Part shown: in pieces, positions 10,969-19,628 of the stretch
How positions within the stretch are numbered: position 1 is the first letter of the stretch
Layout: the number at the start of each line of letters is the position of its first letter
DNA from: Thermodesulfobacteriota bacterium
GTDB lineage: Bacteria > Desulfobacterota > Desulfarculia > JACQYL01
Assembly: GCA_963675595.2 (NCBI GenBank)
Contig: CAXXLZ010000002.1
Location: 576,001-640,000 of the forward strand
Length of the DNA: 64,000 nucleotides
Direction: 5' to 3'
Notes under the pieces: model-generated
What the model saw: only the letters and a program-made list of their open reading frames with translations
Told to the model about the DNA's origin: nothing
Database searches by the model: none
Position numbers and translations under genes: made by a program

Positions 10969-11432
10969 GTTCTGGAAAGGCTCCCCACGAGTTCCCAACG
11001 CTTCCTGCATCTCTTGAATCGGCAAAAGAACTCCCCGGTTCTGCTTCGTCACGCTGGAGGGGGTACAAAGCCGCATTAAGAGGTCCCAAGTGATGTCGTT
11101 CCCCAGTGAACGATTACGGAAAAAGAAACCCTCGGGTCAATCACCAAGCCGGCCCGACCGCACGAATCCCTTGCCCCGTAACCTTGTATGTCACCGAGGA
11201 TTGTGTTATTTTTCAAGGTAGTTTCTGTGTCGAGAACTCAGGAGTAGAGCCGACCCCGAAATTCGCGCATCGGCCGGGATGTTTGGGCTTATCGCCCGCC
11301 TTCACGAGCCGATTCCAGGTAAAGAGACAGGGACCGGGGTTGGATCGGGCATGCTTTTCCCACCGAGCATCATCGCTTTCCAACGCGTCCGCCTTGTGCG
11401 GCACGAGATTTTCAACGGAGGAGGAACGTCTC

Positions 11433-12449
11433 ATGGTACCTCAGAAGGGAATGACGCTCAGCGAACATCTCATGGCACAGGAGAAGACGAACCCGGCCGC
11501 CCGCGGCGCCTTTTCCAGGCTGCTCAACGAACTGATCGTCGCGGCCAAGATTATCTCGCGCGAGGTGAACCAGGCGGGACTGGCCGAATCCATGGGCTTC
11601 ACCGGAGACGTGAACGTACAGGGCGAGGAAGTCCAGAAACTGGACGAGTTCGCCAACAACCTGATCACCCGTCGTCTGGAACGCTGCGGCGTGCTCTGCG
11701 CCATGGCCTCCGAGGAAGTGGCGGACATCATCGAGATTCCCGACCGGTATGAATCCGGCGACTATCTTCTCATGTTCGACCCCTTGGACGGATCCACCAA
11801 CATCGACGTCAACATCAGCATCGGAACCATCTTCTCCATCGTACGCAGGGACTCCAAGGGTCCCACCGTGTTGACGAGCGATCTCCTGCGGCCCGGAGTC
11901 GAACAGGTGGCCGCCGGCTACTTCCTTTACGGTTCCAGCACCATGATGGTGTACAGCACCGGTAACGGGGTCTCAGGCTTCACCATGGACCCGAGCGTGG
12001 GAGAGTTTTTCCTTTCCCATCCTCAAATCAAGATTCCGGAACGCGCACGGATCTACAGCGCCAATGAAGGGAACTACCAGTACTGGAGCCCGGAAGTTCG
12101 TAAGTACATGGACTATCTGAAAGGCACGGACAACGCCATCGGTAAACCCTACCAGTGCCGGTACGTAGGCTCCCTGGTGGCGGACTTCCACAGAAATCTC
12201 CTCAAGGGCGGCATATTCATGTACCCGGCCGACAACAAGGATCCGGCCAAGCCTTTCGGAAAGCTCCGATACTTATACGAATGCGCCCCTTTGGCCTTTG
12301 TGGTCGAACAGGCCGGCGGATACGCGAGCACCGGACAGGGACGGCTCCTGGAGTACCAACCGGAAAGCATTCATCAACGGGTCCCGTTGTACATCGGCAG
12401 CAAGCAGGACGTGATCGAAGCGGAGGAATTCGTTTCAGGAAAGAGATAA
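11433..12449 (+). CDS. fbp: Fructose-1,6-bisphosphatase class I
   Basis: NVQGEEVQKLD, FDPLDGSTNID, RYVGSLVADFHRNLLKGG, GKLRYLYE; RBS GGAGGAGG. Confidence 0.97.
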   Translation: MVPQKGMTLSEHLMAQEKTNPAARGAFSRLLNELIVAAKIISREVNQAGLAESMGFTGDVNVQGEEVQKLDEFANNLITRRLERCGVLCAMASEEVADIIEIPDRYESGDYLLMFDPLDGSTNIDVNISIGTIFSIVRRDSKGPTVLTSDLLRPGVEQVAAGYFLYGSSTMMVYSTGNGVSGFTMDPSVGEFFLSHPQIKIPERARIYSANEGNYQYWSPEVRKYMDYLKGTDNAIGKPYQCRYVGSLVADFHRNLLKGGIFMYPADNKDPAKPFGKLRYLYECAPLAFVVEQAGGYASTGQGRLLEYQPESIHQRVPLYIGSKQDVIEAEEFVSGKR

Positions 12450-12559
12450 TCGTAATCCCTCACGCATGGAACTTCTGAAGAAGTTTGTACGGATTCACGG
12501 CGTATTCGCTGCGATTCGCAACGGGGATCAGAGTCCCTCTCCGCACAAGGTTACGGGGC

Positions 12560-12673
12560 CGCAATCATGAATTTTTCGACGAAAGCGTTCCCGCTTGAAT
12601 GATCGGATCGGCTTCGTCCCGGCAGGGACGGAGCCCGCATAGGGGGTCCGGGGGAAGTGTGTTCCCCCGGAGA
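12560..12673 (+). repeat. Dispersed repeat family B, uninterrupted copy
   Basis: TTTTTCGACGAAAGCGTT...GACGGAGC.CGCA..GGGGGTCCGGGGGAA..GTTCCC matches 23429-23523 joined to 24920-24939. Confidence 0.8.
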
Positions 12674-12765
12674 AGGAATCGCGGGGGAAAAGTCCGCCCA
12701 AGGCGGCTCTTCCCCCGCCCGTTTTTTCTTTTCAACGGGCCGTCGAACATCCGACGGATAATTCA

Positions 12766-13794
12766 ATGCTGATACTGGGAATCGAAACATCCTGCGATGA
12801 AACCGCGGCCGCGGTGGTGGAAGCCGGCAAGACCGTCCATTCCAACGTAGTCTCCAGCCAGGACGAGGTACACGCCCGGTATGGAGGCGTGGTGCCCGAG
12901 TTGGCTTCCAGAGTGCACATCCGGATGATTCCGGCGGTAATCGACCAGGCTCTTCAAAAGGCCCACGTCACTTTGGCGGATATCCACGGCGTGGCGGTGA
13001 CCCAGGGACCCGGCTTGGTGGGATCCCTCCTGGTGGGTCTGGGCGCGGCCAAGTCTCTGGCCATGGCCTTCGAGCTGCCGCTGGTGGGCGTCAATCATCT
13101 GGAAGCCCACGTGGCCGCCAACTTCCTGGAACAAGACCCTCCGCCCTTTCCCTTTTCCGCCCTGGTGGTCTCCGGAGGGCATACGAACCTCTTTTACGTG
13201 TCGGACCACCTCACCTACCGCACCCTGGGGCAGACCCGCGACGATGCCGCGGGAGAAGCTTTCGACAAGGTCGCCAAGTTTTTGGGGCTGGGTTATCCGG
13301 GAGGCGTGGTCATCGATCGCATGGCGAAAACGGGCGATCCCGTGTCCGTGGCCTTTCCGAGAGCCATGATGGATGACGATTCCCTGGACTTCAGTTTCAG
13401 CGGACTCAAGACCGCGGTGATCACGCACCTGAAAAAGCATCCCCTGGAAGACCCCGGATTGGAGCAGAAACAGGCCGATCTGGTGGCCGCGTTCCAGGAG
13501 GCCGTGGTGGACGTCCTGGTGTCCAAAGCCCTTCGCGCGGAGGCTCGAAACCGCACCGGGCATCTGGTCCTGGCCGGAGGAGTGGCAGCCAACAGCCGTC
13601 TGCGGGCCCAACTCGCCCGGGCCGCATCCTCCGCGGGCATCACCCTCCACGTCCCCAGGCTCGCCTATTGCACGGACAATGCCGTGGGCGTGGCCTCCCT
13701 GGGCTACCATCAACTTCGGCTGGGTCGAAGGGCCTCGTGGGACCTGGACGCATACTCCCGGCTTCCCCACCGGCTCCCCCCGCGCCACCGCTGA
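12766..13794 (+). CDS. tsaD: tRNA N6-adenosine threonylcarbamoyltransferase
   Basis: ILGIETSCDET, YGGVVPELASR, VNHLEAH, TRDDAAGEAFDK, FSFSGLKT, CTDNA. Confidence 0.97.
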   Translation: MLILGIETSCDETAAAVVEAGKTVHSNVVSSQDEVHARYGGVVPELASRVHIRMIPAVIDQALQKAHVTLADIHGVAVTQGPGLVGSLLVGLGAAKSLAMAFELPLVGVNHLEAHVAANFLEQDPPPFPFSALVVSGGHTNLFYVSDHLTYRTLGQTRDDAAGEAFDKVAKFLGLGYPGGVVIDRMAKTGDPVSVAFPRAMMDDDSLDFSFSGLKTAVITHLKKHPLEDPGLEQKQADLVAAFQEAVVDVLVSKALRAEARNRTGHLVLAGGVAANSRLRAQLARAASSAGITLHVPRLAYCTDNAVGVASLGYHQLRLGRRASWDLDAYSRLPHRLPPRHR

Positions 13795-13846
13795 CGCCGG
13801 CAAGGAGCCATGACAGGCAAGGAAAGGTGAGCATTCAGAGGGGTAT

Positions 13847-14009
13847 CCGAGGGATACCCTTTTTGAAAAAAGGGTTCCCTCGGGCTCCCTCCTAAAAACT
13901 TTAGGTATTTTAGTATGTTGAACGGCACATACTGCTCGTTTTGCGAATTCTCTAGACGATTCGCAAGATCGAAACGGGGGTCCGTTCCTTCCGGGACGAA
14001 GCCGAGCTT
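13847..14009 (+). repeat. Hairpin repeat (family D) fused to family C copy 2
   Basis: Hairpin CCGAGGGATACCCTTTTTGAAAAAAGGGTTCCCTCGG resembles 23312-23345; 13899-14009 resembles 15944-16052. Confidence 0.7.
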
Positions 14010-14113
14010 GGGAGCCTCTTTGCCGATTCAGCAGATGTAACAAACGTTAGGAATGAGTGAGGACTTTCCCGAAAGTCCTCCCCCGTGAATGATTGCGAAA
14101 CCGGTCCCATAGA

Positions 14114-14262
14114 AGCCCGTTGAAAAAGGCCGGTTGCCGCAGGCTGCTGAAAAACGATGAGATGCAAGGCGCGCAAATCCCGAGGAATGAGACGTACATA
14201 GAGTACGTCGCAGTGACGAGGGATGAAGCGCAACGCCGCAAATCGCGTTTTTCAACAGCCTG
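14114..14262 (+). repeat. MITE-like dispersed repeat family A, copy 2
   Basis: Terminal inverted repeats GCCCGTTGAAAAA...TTTTTCAACAGCC plus an internal second end CAGGCTGCTGAAAAA. Confidence 0.85.
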
Positions 14263-14278
14263 ATACAGGTCCTTCAAT

Positions 14279-15103
14279 ATGCATTCCCGCGAACCGTCGT
14301 CTCACCGGCCCAAGAAATACTGGGGGCAACATTTCCTCAGCGATCCGGAACTCATCCGAAAGCTGGTGGACGGGATGGAACTCACTCCCGAGGATCGGGT
14401 CGTGGAGATCGGCCCCGGCCGAGGCGCAATGACCCCGCTGCTTTGCGACCGCGCGGCCCGGGTCATCGCCGTGGAAATCGACCCCGAACTCCACGCCGAA
14501 CTGCTGGAACGGCTGGGCGACACGTCCAATCTCTCCCTCATCCACGGCGACTTCCTGGAAGTGAACCTCCAAGACCTCACCGCCGAGGGCCAACGAATCA
14601 CCGTGGTGGGCAACATTCCCTACAACCTCTCCGGTCCCATTCTGTTCAAGCTGCTGGAATCCGCTTCCTTGTTGGACAAGGCCGTGCTCATGCTCCAGAA
14701 GGAAGTGGCGGATCGCATTCTGGCGCCCCCCGGAAACAAACAGTACGGCGCCTTGACCGTGCTCACCGCCTATTATGCGCACGCAACCCGACTCGCCGTC
14801 ATCCCTCCTGGAGCGTTCTTCCCGCGTCCCAAGGTGTCCTCCGCCACCGTCAGGCTGGACTTTCGAAACCCGCACCCCCGCAAAGCCGAGGATGAAAACC
14901 TTTTCAAAAGGGTGGTCAAATCGGCTTTCAGCAGCCGAAGAAAAATGATCAAGAACGCCATGCTTTCCAGCCCGTTCCTCGATCTCTCGGCAGACCAACT
15001 CACCCAAGTCTTTCACCAGGCATCGGTGGATCCCTCCCTGCGCGCGGAGGTATTGAAACTGGATGCCTTTCTGGATTTGACCGACGCCATTGTCGGCCTC
15101 TAG
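14279..15103 (+). CDS. rsmA: 16S rRNA adenine dimethyltransferase RsmA/KsgA
   Basis: PKKYWGQHFL, VVEIGPGRG, VGNIPYNLS, MLQKEVADRI, FFPRPKVSS. Confidence 0.96.
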   Translation: MHSREPSSHRPKKYWGQHFLSDPELIRKLVDGMELTPEDRVVEIGPGRGAMTPLLCDRAARVIAVEIDPELHAELLERLGDTSNLSLIHGDFLEVNLQDLTAEGQRITVVGNIPYNLSGPILFKLLESASLLDKAVLMLQKEVADRILAPPGNKQYGALTVLTAYYAHATRLAVIPPGAFFPRPKVSSATVRLDFRNPHPRKAEDENLFKRVVKSAFSSRRKMIKNAMLSSPFLDLSADQLTQVFHQASVDPSLRAEVLKLDAFLDLTDAIVGL

Positions 15104-15262
15104 CCGCTGTCTGCTTCCCCAAGCCGTCACCTCAATCCACAACGGCACAGAAAAATATCGGGCTTTCAGTCGGTTGCGGCGATAACTCCAACCAGAGCCC
15201 CCTTTAACCAGCCACCCGTTAAGCCTTGTCGGTATCCCGCTTACCCATTTTTTTTCAAAATA

Positions 15263-15291
15263 TTGACACCCTCTCATCCGTGACTTATCAT
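15263..15291 (+). promoter_or_regulatory. Sigma-70 promoter of the 55-aa gene
   Basis: TTGACA-17 bp-TATCAT with an AT-rich upstream tract. Confidence 0.75.
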
Positions 15292-15336
15292 CAAAAAAAG
15301 GCAAAATGAACCATATCCAAAAGGAGGTATTTAGCT

Positions 15337-15504
15337 ATGGCCGATGCACACAAAGCTGAACAACCGTTTGTCTGGGTTAAGGACAAGAAAGGCAACGAGT
15401 TTATTTGTCCTATCAACGCGCTCAAAGACCCCAAAAAGGCATCCGATGCCGAACTCAAGAATTGCGTAGACGACGCTTCCATGGGAGTGAATATCGGGGA
15501 TTAG
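15337..15504 (+). CDS. Small 55-aa hypothetical protein (absent from the ORF track)
   Basis: MADAHKAEQPFVWVKDKKGNEFICPINALKDPKKASDAELKNCVDDASMGVNIGD; RBS AAGGAGGT; own promoter and terminator. Confidence 0.85.
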   Translation: MADAHKAEQPFVWVKDKKGNEFICPINALKDPKKASDAELKNCVDDASMGVNIGD

Positions 15505-15552
15505 TATATCCGATAAGACCTATTGTTTCTTTATATTGCAGCATCCTCTCAT

Positions 15553-15592
15553 AGACGTGCCTTTTCGATCTTTTTAAGGCGCGTCTTTTTTA
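15553..15592 (+). terminator. Rho-independent terminator of the small gene
   Basis: Stem AGACGTGCCTT/AAGGCGCGTCT followed by a T run. Confidence 0.7.
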
Positions 15593-15749
15593 TTTGGATG
15601 ATATTAATAAAGGCCGCTCTGAATAAGTAGATATAACTATTATAAAGGCGTCTGACTGCGAACATATGATTTAACATCGTAGGATTTGGGTGATTATTAA
15701 GTACTACGTTTTGGGACTGATATTTTGAGTATGTCCATGCTCCATACCT

Positions 15750-15899
15750 TTATAATACAATCAAACTAAATCGACATTCCCTTTCAATCTGTTCTCCTCG
15801 TATCGGCAAGCGACTTTCCTCCGGTTGGCTGATCTCAAGTCTCCCGACAATCTCAGTGATGGTCATGCCAAGCTTTCAATGCATCCGATCACATAATAA
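15750..15899 (-). pseudogene. Remnant of a RAYT/Y1-transposase C-terminal HTH region
   Basis: Translates LLCDRMH*KLGMTITEIVGRLEISQPEESRLPIRGEQIERECRFSLIVL*, resembling the CYWA.RELG...EIA.RL.ISQP.VS...RGE tail I recall for these proteins; internal stop. Confidence 0.55.
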
Positions 15900-15929
15900 G
15901 ATGAACATTTGGAGGAGCATCATAGGGAA

Positions 15930-16052
15930 CCCTCCCAAGAGCATTTGGTATTTTGTTACGTTGGACGGTACATGCTGCTCGTTTCGCGAATTCCCTAAAC
16001 GATTGTCAAGAACGAAACGGAGCGTCGTCCCTTCCGGGAGGACGCCGAGCTT
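15930..16052 (+). repeat. Repeat family C, copy 3 (degenerate)
   Basis: Aligns with 13887-14009 (GGTATTTT..GTTG.ACGG.ACAT.CTGCTCGTTT.GCGAATTC..GAAACGG..CTTCCGGGA..GCCGAGCTT). Confidence 0.7.
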
Positions 16053-16053
16053 T

Positions 16054-16463
16054 TGGTTTCGCTAACCTAAAACTGACCCACGCATGGAGGGAACGCTAAC
16101 GAAAAATTGACCCACCTGTGATCAGGCCCTGATAAGTGTGATGAAAGAAGCAAAGACCGCTTGTCGGGGGTGAGGAGATGCTGACGGTGGATCAATACGG
16201 CTACGTTAGGACGGCACATCGGGTGTACGGCAAGGGGATCAGGGAGATCGCCCGAGAGACGGGGCACTCCAGGAACACGATCAAGAGGGCATTGCGGGAG
16301 GAGCACGGCGGTTACGGCGAGAGGCGGCATCAGCCCTATCCTTCCCTGGGGCCGTTTCTCAAAACGATCGACGGTTGGCTGACCGAGGACCGGGATCGGC
16401 CTCGGAAGCAGCGGCATACGGCGGCGCGGATTTACCACCGGTTGAGGAAGGAGCAAGGATTCA
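16054..16463 (+). mobile_element. Truncated IS21-family element (left end plus 5' istA)
   Basis: TG terminus with two 22-bp repeats CGCTAAC..AAAA.TGACCCAC (16060-16081, 16094-16115), followed by the IstA N-terminus. Confidence 0.85.
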
Positions 16464-16498
16464 AGGAACCCGACCAAGACGATCCGTCGGCCGCCTGA
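16178..16498 (+). pseudogene. istA: IS21 transposase IstA, N-terminal fragment
   Basis: GKGIREIARETGHSRNTIKRAL..RKQRHTAARIYHRLRKEQGF; truncated at ~95 aa; no DDE domain and no istB. Confidence 0.85.
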
Positions 16499-16653
16499 TA
16501 CGTGCGGGGTGTCATGTGTCGTCTTCGATCCGGAACCGGCGTGTCAACACGGAAGAGGAATACGTTTGAAGCGGGTCTTAGACGGGACATCTCTTCTATT
16601 TCACCCACTCCAAATGGCCTGCCGGCGCTTGTCACGTTAGTCAACAACGTCCC
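16454..16653 (+). repeat. 200-bp direct repeat, copy A (RAYT-like 3' end remnant)
   Basis: Colinear with 19429-19628; ends TTGTCACGTTAGTCAACAACGTCCC. Confidence 0.85.
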
Positions 16654-16656
16654 CTA

Positions 16657-16759
16657 TCATATCTCTTTGCGTGCGAGTACAGTGGCGGTTTGGGAGAGAA
16701 AATCGGGGCGCAATTTAAGCCACAAACGATGTGATAGAGCATGGGGAAGCCAACTAATT
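16657..16759 (-). pseudogene. 3' fragment of the IS-disrupted SAM methyltransferase
   Basis: Removing the IS and one TSD copy continues the frame as ..RISWLPHALSHRLWLKLRPDFLSQTATVLARKEI*. Confidence 0.85.
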
Positions 16760-18635
16760 GATGAGTTCGTAAAAACCTCTCCGTAAAGGTATCTAGTTGA
16801 AAATATGAATAAAAATGGCATTTATGGGTTGACCTTTCTTTTGGGTCCTGTATGATAAGTATCTGACTTGATTAATAATATGGTCCTTAGGGGGGTTGTT
16901 TTGTTTCGGCCTAAGAGAACGCAAAAGACCATTTTCGACCACGATATTTGCCTTCCCGCAGACAGGATCGAGGCGTTGGAGAAGACGTGGGCCGGTCCGT
17001 TCCGGCGCCTGGTGCTTCCCATGATCGATGAGGAGTCTTTCCGGCCTTTCTACTGTGAGGACAACGGCAGGCCCAACAGACCCGTGGCCATCCTTGTCGG
17101 AGCGTGTGTTTTGAAGGAAATGAACAGCCTGACCGATGCGGAAGTCTTGGGCGCTCTGGACTTCGATCTGCGTTGGCAATATGCCTTCAACATCAACGCC
17201 TTTGAATCTCACGTCTGCCAGAAGACCCTGCACAATTTCCGGACCTTGATTACCGACAACAAGCAAGCGCGGAGCCTCTTTACCGGAATCACGGACGCCA
17301 TCATCGAGACGGCGGCCCTTAGCACGGACAAACAGCGGTTGGACTCCACACAGATCACTTCCAACATGGCTCATCTGAGCCGTCTGGGGCTCTTTACGCG
17401 CACCATCGAGGCGTTCTTGAAACGGCTCCATAAGAAACATCCCAAGTTGTATGAGAAACTGCCCCGACTTTACGACAAGGCCTACTTGAAGCGCGCAGGC
17501 TATTTTGCCGATGCAAAATCATCGCGGGCCAAGCGTCGTCTGGACAAGTCCGCCCGCCATCTCGCCGACCTGGTGGACCGCTTCCGAGGTCATCCGGAAA
17601 TCAGCCGAATGAAAGAATACCGGCTGATGGCCCGACTACTGTCGGAGCAATGCCGTTTCACCGAGGGAGATCCCGACAAAACAGAACTCGAGAAGCCCAA
17701 GGAAATCCCTGCGGACTCCCTGCAGAATCCTTCGGATCCCGACGCCACCTATGGGCGCAAGGGCAAAGGATATAAGGCTTCCCTCACGGAGACCTGCGTG
17801 AAGGAAAATCCCTTCCAGGTGATCACCGATGTGGACGTGGCCCCTTCCTATGACAGCGACCAGAAAGACGTGATGCCCGTTATCGAACGCCTGGAGGAAA
17901 CGGGCCGCAAACCCGAAGAGTTGTTCGCCGACGCAGGCTACGGCAGCGGCGAGAACATCCTTCAAGCTCACGAGCACGGAGTCGAGCTTACCGCTCCGGT
18001 GACTTGCGGAAAAGCGCCGGATCTCAATAAGATGCAGTTGAGTGACTTTGAAACGAACGAGGACTGCACCCAGGTCGTTTACTGTATCCGGGGGCACGCG
18101 CCACTTGAATGCAAGATCGTTGACCGCGGCAAAGCGGTGGAAGCCGTGTTTTCCCGCGAGCACTGTCTCCTATGCGAATTTCTCCCCATCTGTCCGGTAA
18201 AACGGATCAAGGGCGGAAATTATCGACTGAAGTACAAGCGCAAGGACATGGCGACCTCCAAGCGCAGACTACAGCAGGAAAGCCATGATTTCAAAGAACG
18301 CTACAAAATCCGGTCCGGCATCGAGGCCACCATCTCCGAAGCGGATCGGGTCACGGGATTGAAACGATCGTGGACCCGAGGCAAAAAACGGGTCACCTTA
18401 TCTGTTTTCATGAAGGCCCTGGCCATCAACATCAAGAGGTTCGTCCAGAGCCGCCTTGATAAGGCCAAGAAGGCCCTTTCCAACTCGATAGAGGGAGGCA
18501 GCAACGATAATTTCCGTCGTCTTTGTAGCCTATGTCACGATGACAGTAACCTTGGCAGTGTTGCAATGGCCGCTTGAACTTCCAATGCTCCAAAAAACAG
18601 CCCTGTTCGTAAAGGGGGGTTCTTACGACGGCATC
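16760..18635 (+). mobile_element. IS1182-like insertion sequence (~1.88 kb)
   Basis: Imperfect IRs GATGAGTTCGTAAAAACC / GGTTCTTACGACGGCATC flanked by the direct repeat AACTAATT (16752-16759, 18636-18643). Confidence 0.88.
16868..18577 (+). CDS. DDE transposase, IS1182/IS5-like
   Basis: DNGRPN, QRLDSTQI, SDPDATYGRK, ADAGYGS, Cys cluster, YKIRSGIEATISE; start uncertain. Confidence 0.9.
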   Translation: MINNMVLRGVVLFRPKRTQKTIFDHDICLPADRIEALEKTWAGPFRRLVLPMIDEESFRPFYCEDNGRPNRPVAILVGACVLKEMNSLTDAEVLGALDFDLRWQYAFNINAFESHVCQKTLHNFRTLITDNKQARSLFTGITDAIIETAALSTDKQRLDSTQITSNMAHLSRLGLFTRTIEAFLKRLHKKHPKLYEKLPRLYDKAYLKRAGYFADAKSSRAKRRLDKSARHLADLVDRFRGHPEISRMKEYRLMARLLSEQCRFTEGDPDKTELEKPKEIPADSLQNPSDPDATYGRKGKGYKASLTETCVKENPFQVITDVDVAPSYDSDQKDVMPVIERLEETGRKPEELFADAGYGSGENILQAHEHGVELTAPVTCGKAPDLNKMQLSDFETNEDCTQVVYCIRGHAPLECKIVDRGKAVEAVFSREHCLLCEFLPICPVKRIKGGNYRLKYKRKDMATSKRRLQQESHDFKERYKIRSGIEATISEADRVTGLKRSWTRGKKRVTLSVFMKALAINIKRFVQSRLDKAKKALSNSIEGGSNDNFRRLCSLCHDDSNLGSVAMAA

Positions 18636-19182
18636 AACTAATTCGGCGTGGATGGTTGTAGTTCATGTTCAAGTCGGTGAATCCCGCCCCCATAATTAGG
18701 CTTGCGAGTTCTTTTGGTGTCAGGAGGTTGACGTGGTGGACGTTAGTGCGTGCGGGTGGATAGAAACGACAGGGGGATTGGATCAGTAACTCGCCACCTC
18801 TTCTGAGTATCCTGAATGCTTCGTTTATCATGAGTAGTTGTGCAGACTTTGATAGGTGCTCGATAACTTGGTTGGAAAAAACGGCATCGTAGGATTCGTT
18901 CCGCAAAAAGGTCAGTGGGTGGCTCAGGTCGTGTTGGTGTACCCGAAAGCCTTTGGCGCGGCATAGGGTTACTCCCCCTGGATCAATCTCACACCCGGAG
19001 GCGCTACGGTCGTTGTGGACGCACGCTTCTAGGAATAGTCCAATTCCGCATCCCATTTCAAAAATATCTTTGGGAGTTGTCTTGAAACGTTTAAGATAAA
19101 CCTGATAATGCTGCCATGAGCGTTTCATCTGGGCGGTGTAATCGTAAGCACATGGTGATGTTTTTCCTGTCTGAGCGCACAT
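18636..19182 (-). pseudogene. Class I SAM-dependent methyltransferase, 5' part, interrupted by an IS
   Basis: IFEMGCGIG motif I, YDAVFSNQVIEHL, FRILRRGG; lower GC than the core genes. Confidence 0.88.
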
Positions 19183-19280
19183 TACTAAGACCAACCTTTA
19201 AATTTAACAGCCCGTTGAAGAAAGGATGTTACCGCCCACGAAGAGTAAGGATCGGAATCATTTGTTCGAATCGTCCAAAC

Positions 19281-19318
19281 ACCTACCAGCGTTTGTCACG
19301 TTAGTCAATAACCTACCC
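19281..19318 (+). repeat. Partial copy B of the repeat terminus
   Basis: ACCTACCAGCGTTTGTCACGTTAGTCAATAACCTACCC. Confidence 0.8.
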
Positions 19319-19428
19319 TCGCCCCACCCGACGCACTGGAACAAGCCATGAACGAGAAGGAAGAATTCGCCCACACCATTCAGAAGACGTCCGCCCGGGC
19401 ATCCTGATTGGCGGCGTTCAGGAAACAC

Positions 19429-19628
19429 CAAGGATTCACGGAAGCCGACCCAGACGATCCGTAGGCCGCGTGAGAGGCGCAGGAATGTCATGTGTCGTCT
19501 TTGGTTCGCAACGGGCGTGTTGAAACGGAGGTGGAATACGTTTGAAGCGGATATCAGCCGGGACATCTCTTCGATCTCACACACTGCGCGTACCTACCGG
19601 CGTTTGTCACGTTAGTCAACAACGTCCC
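19429..19628 (+). repeat. 200-bp direct repeat, copy C (RAYT-like 3' end remnant)
   Basis: Colinear with 16454-16653; one frame ends ..FVTLVNNVP*. Confidence 0.85.

Noticed and set aside
16629-19628. Three copies of a ~25-bp motif as a CRISPR array or integron attC sites
   Set aside because: Spacing is irregular and kb-scale, there are no cas or intI genes in the window, and I see no attC-type inverted R boxes.
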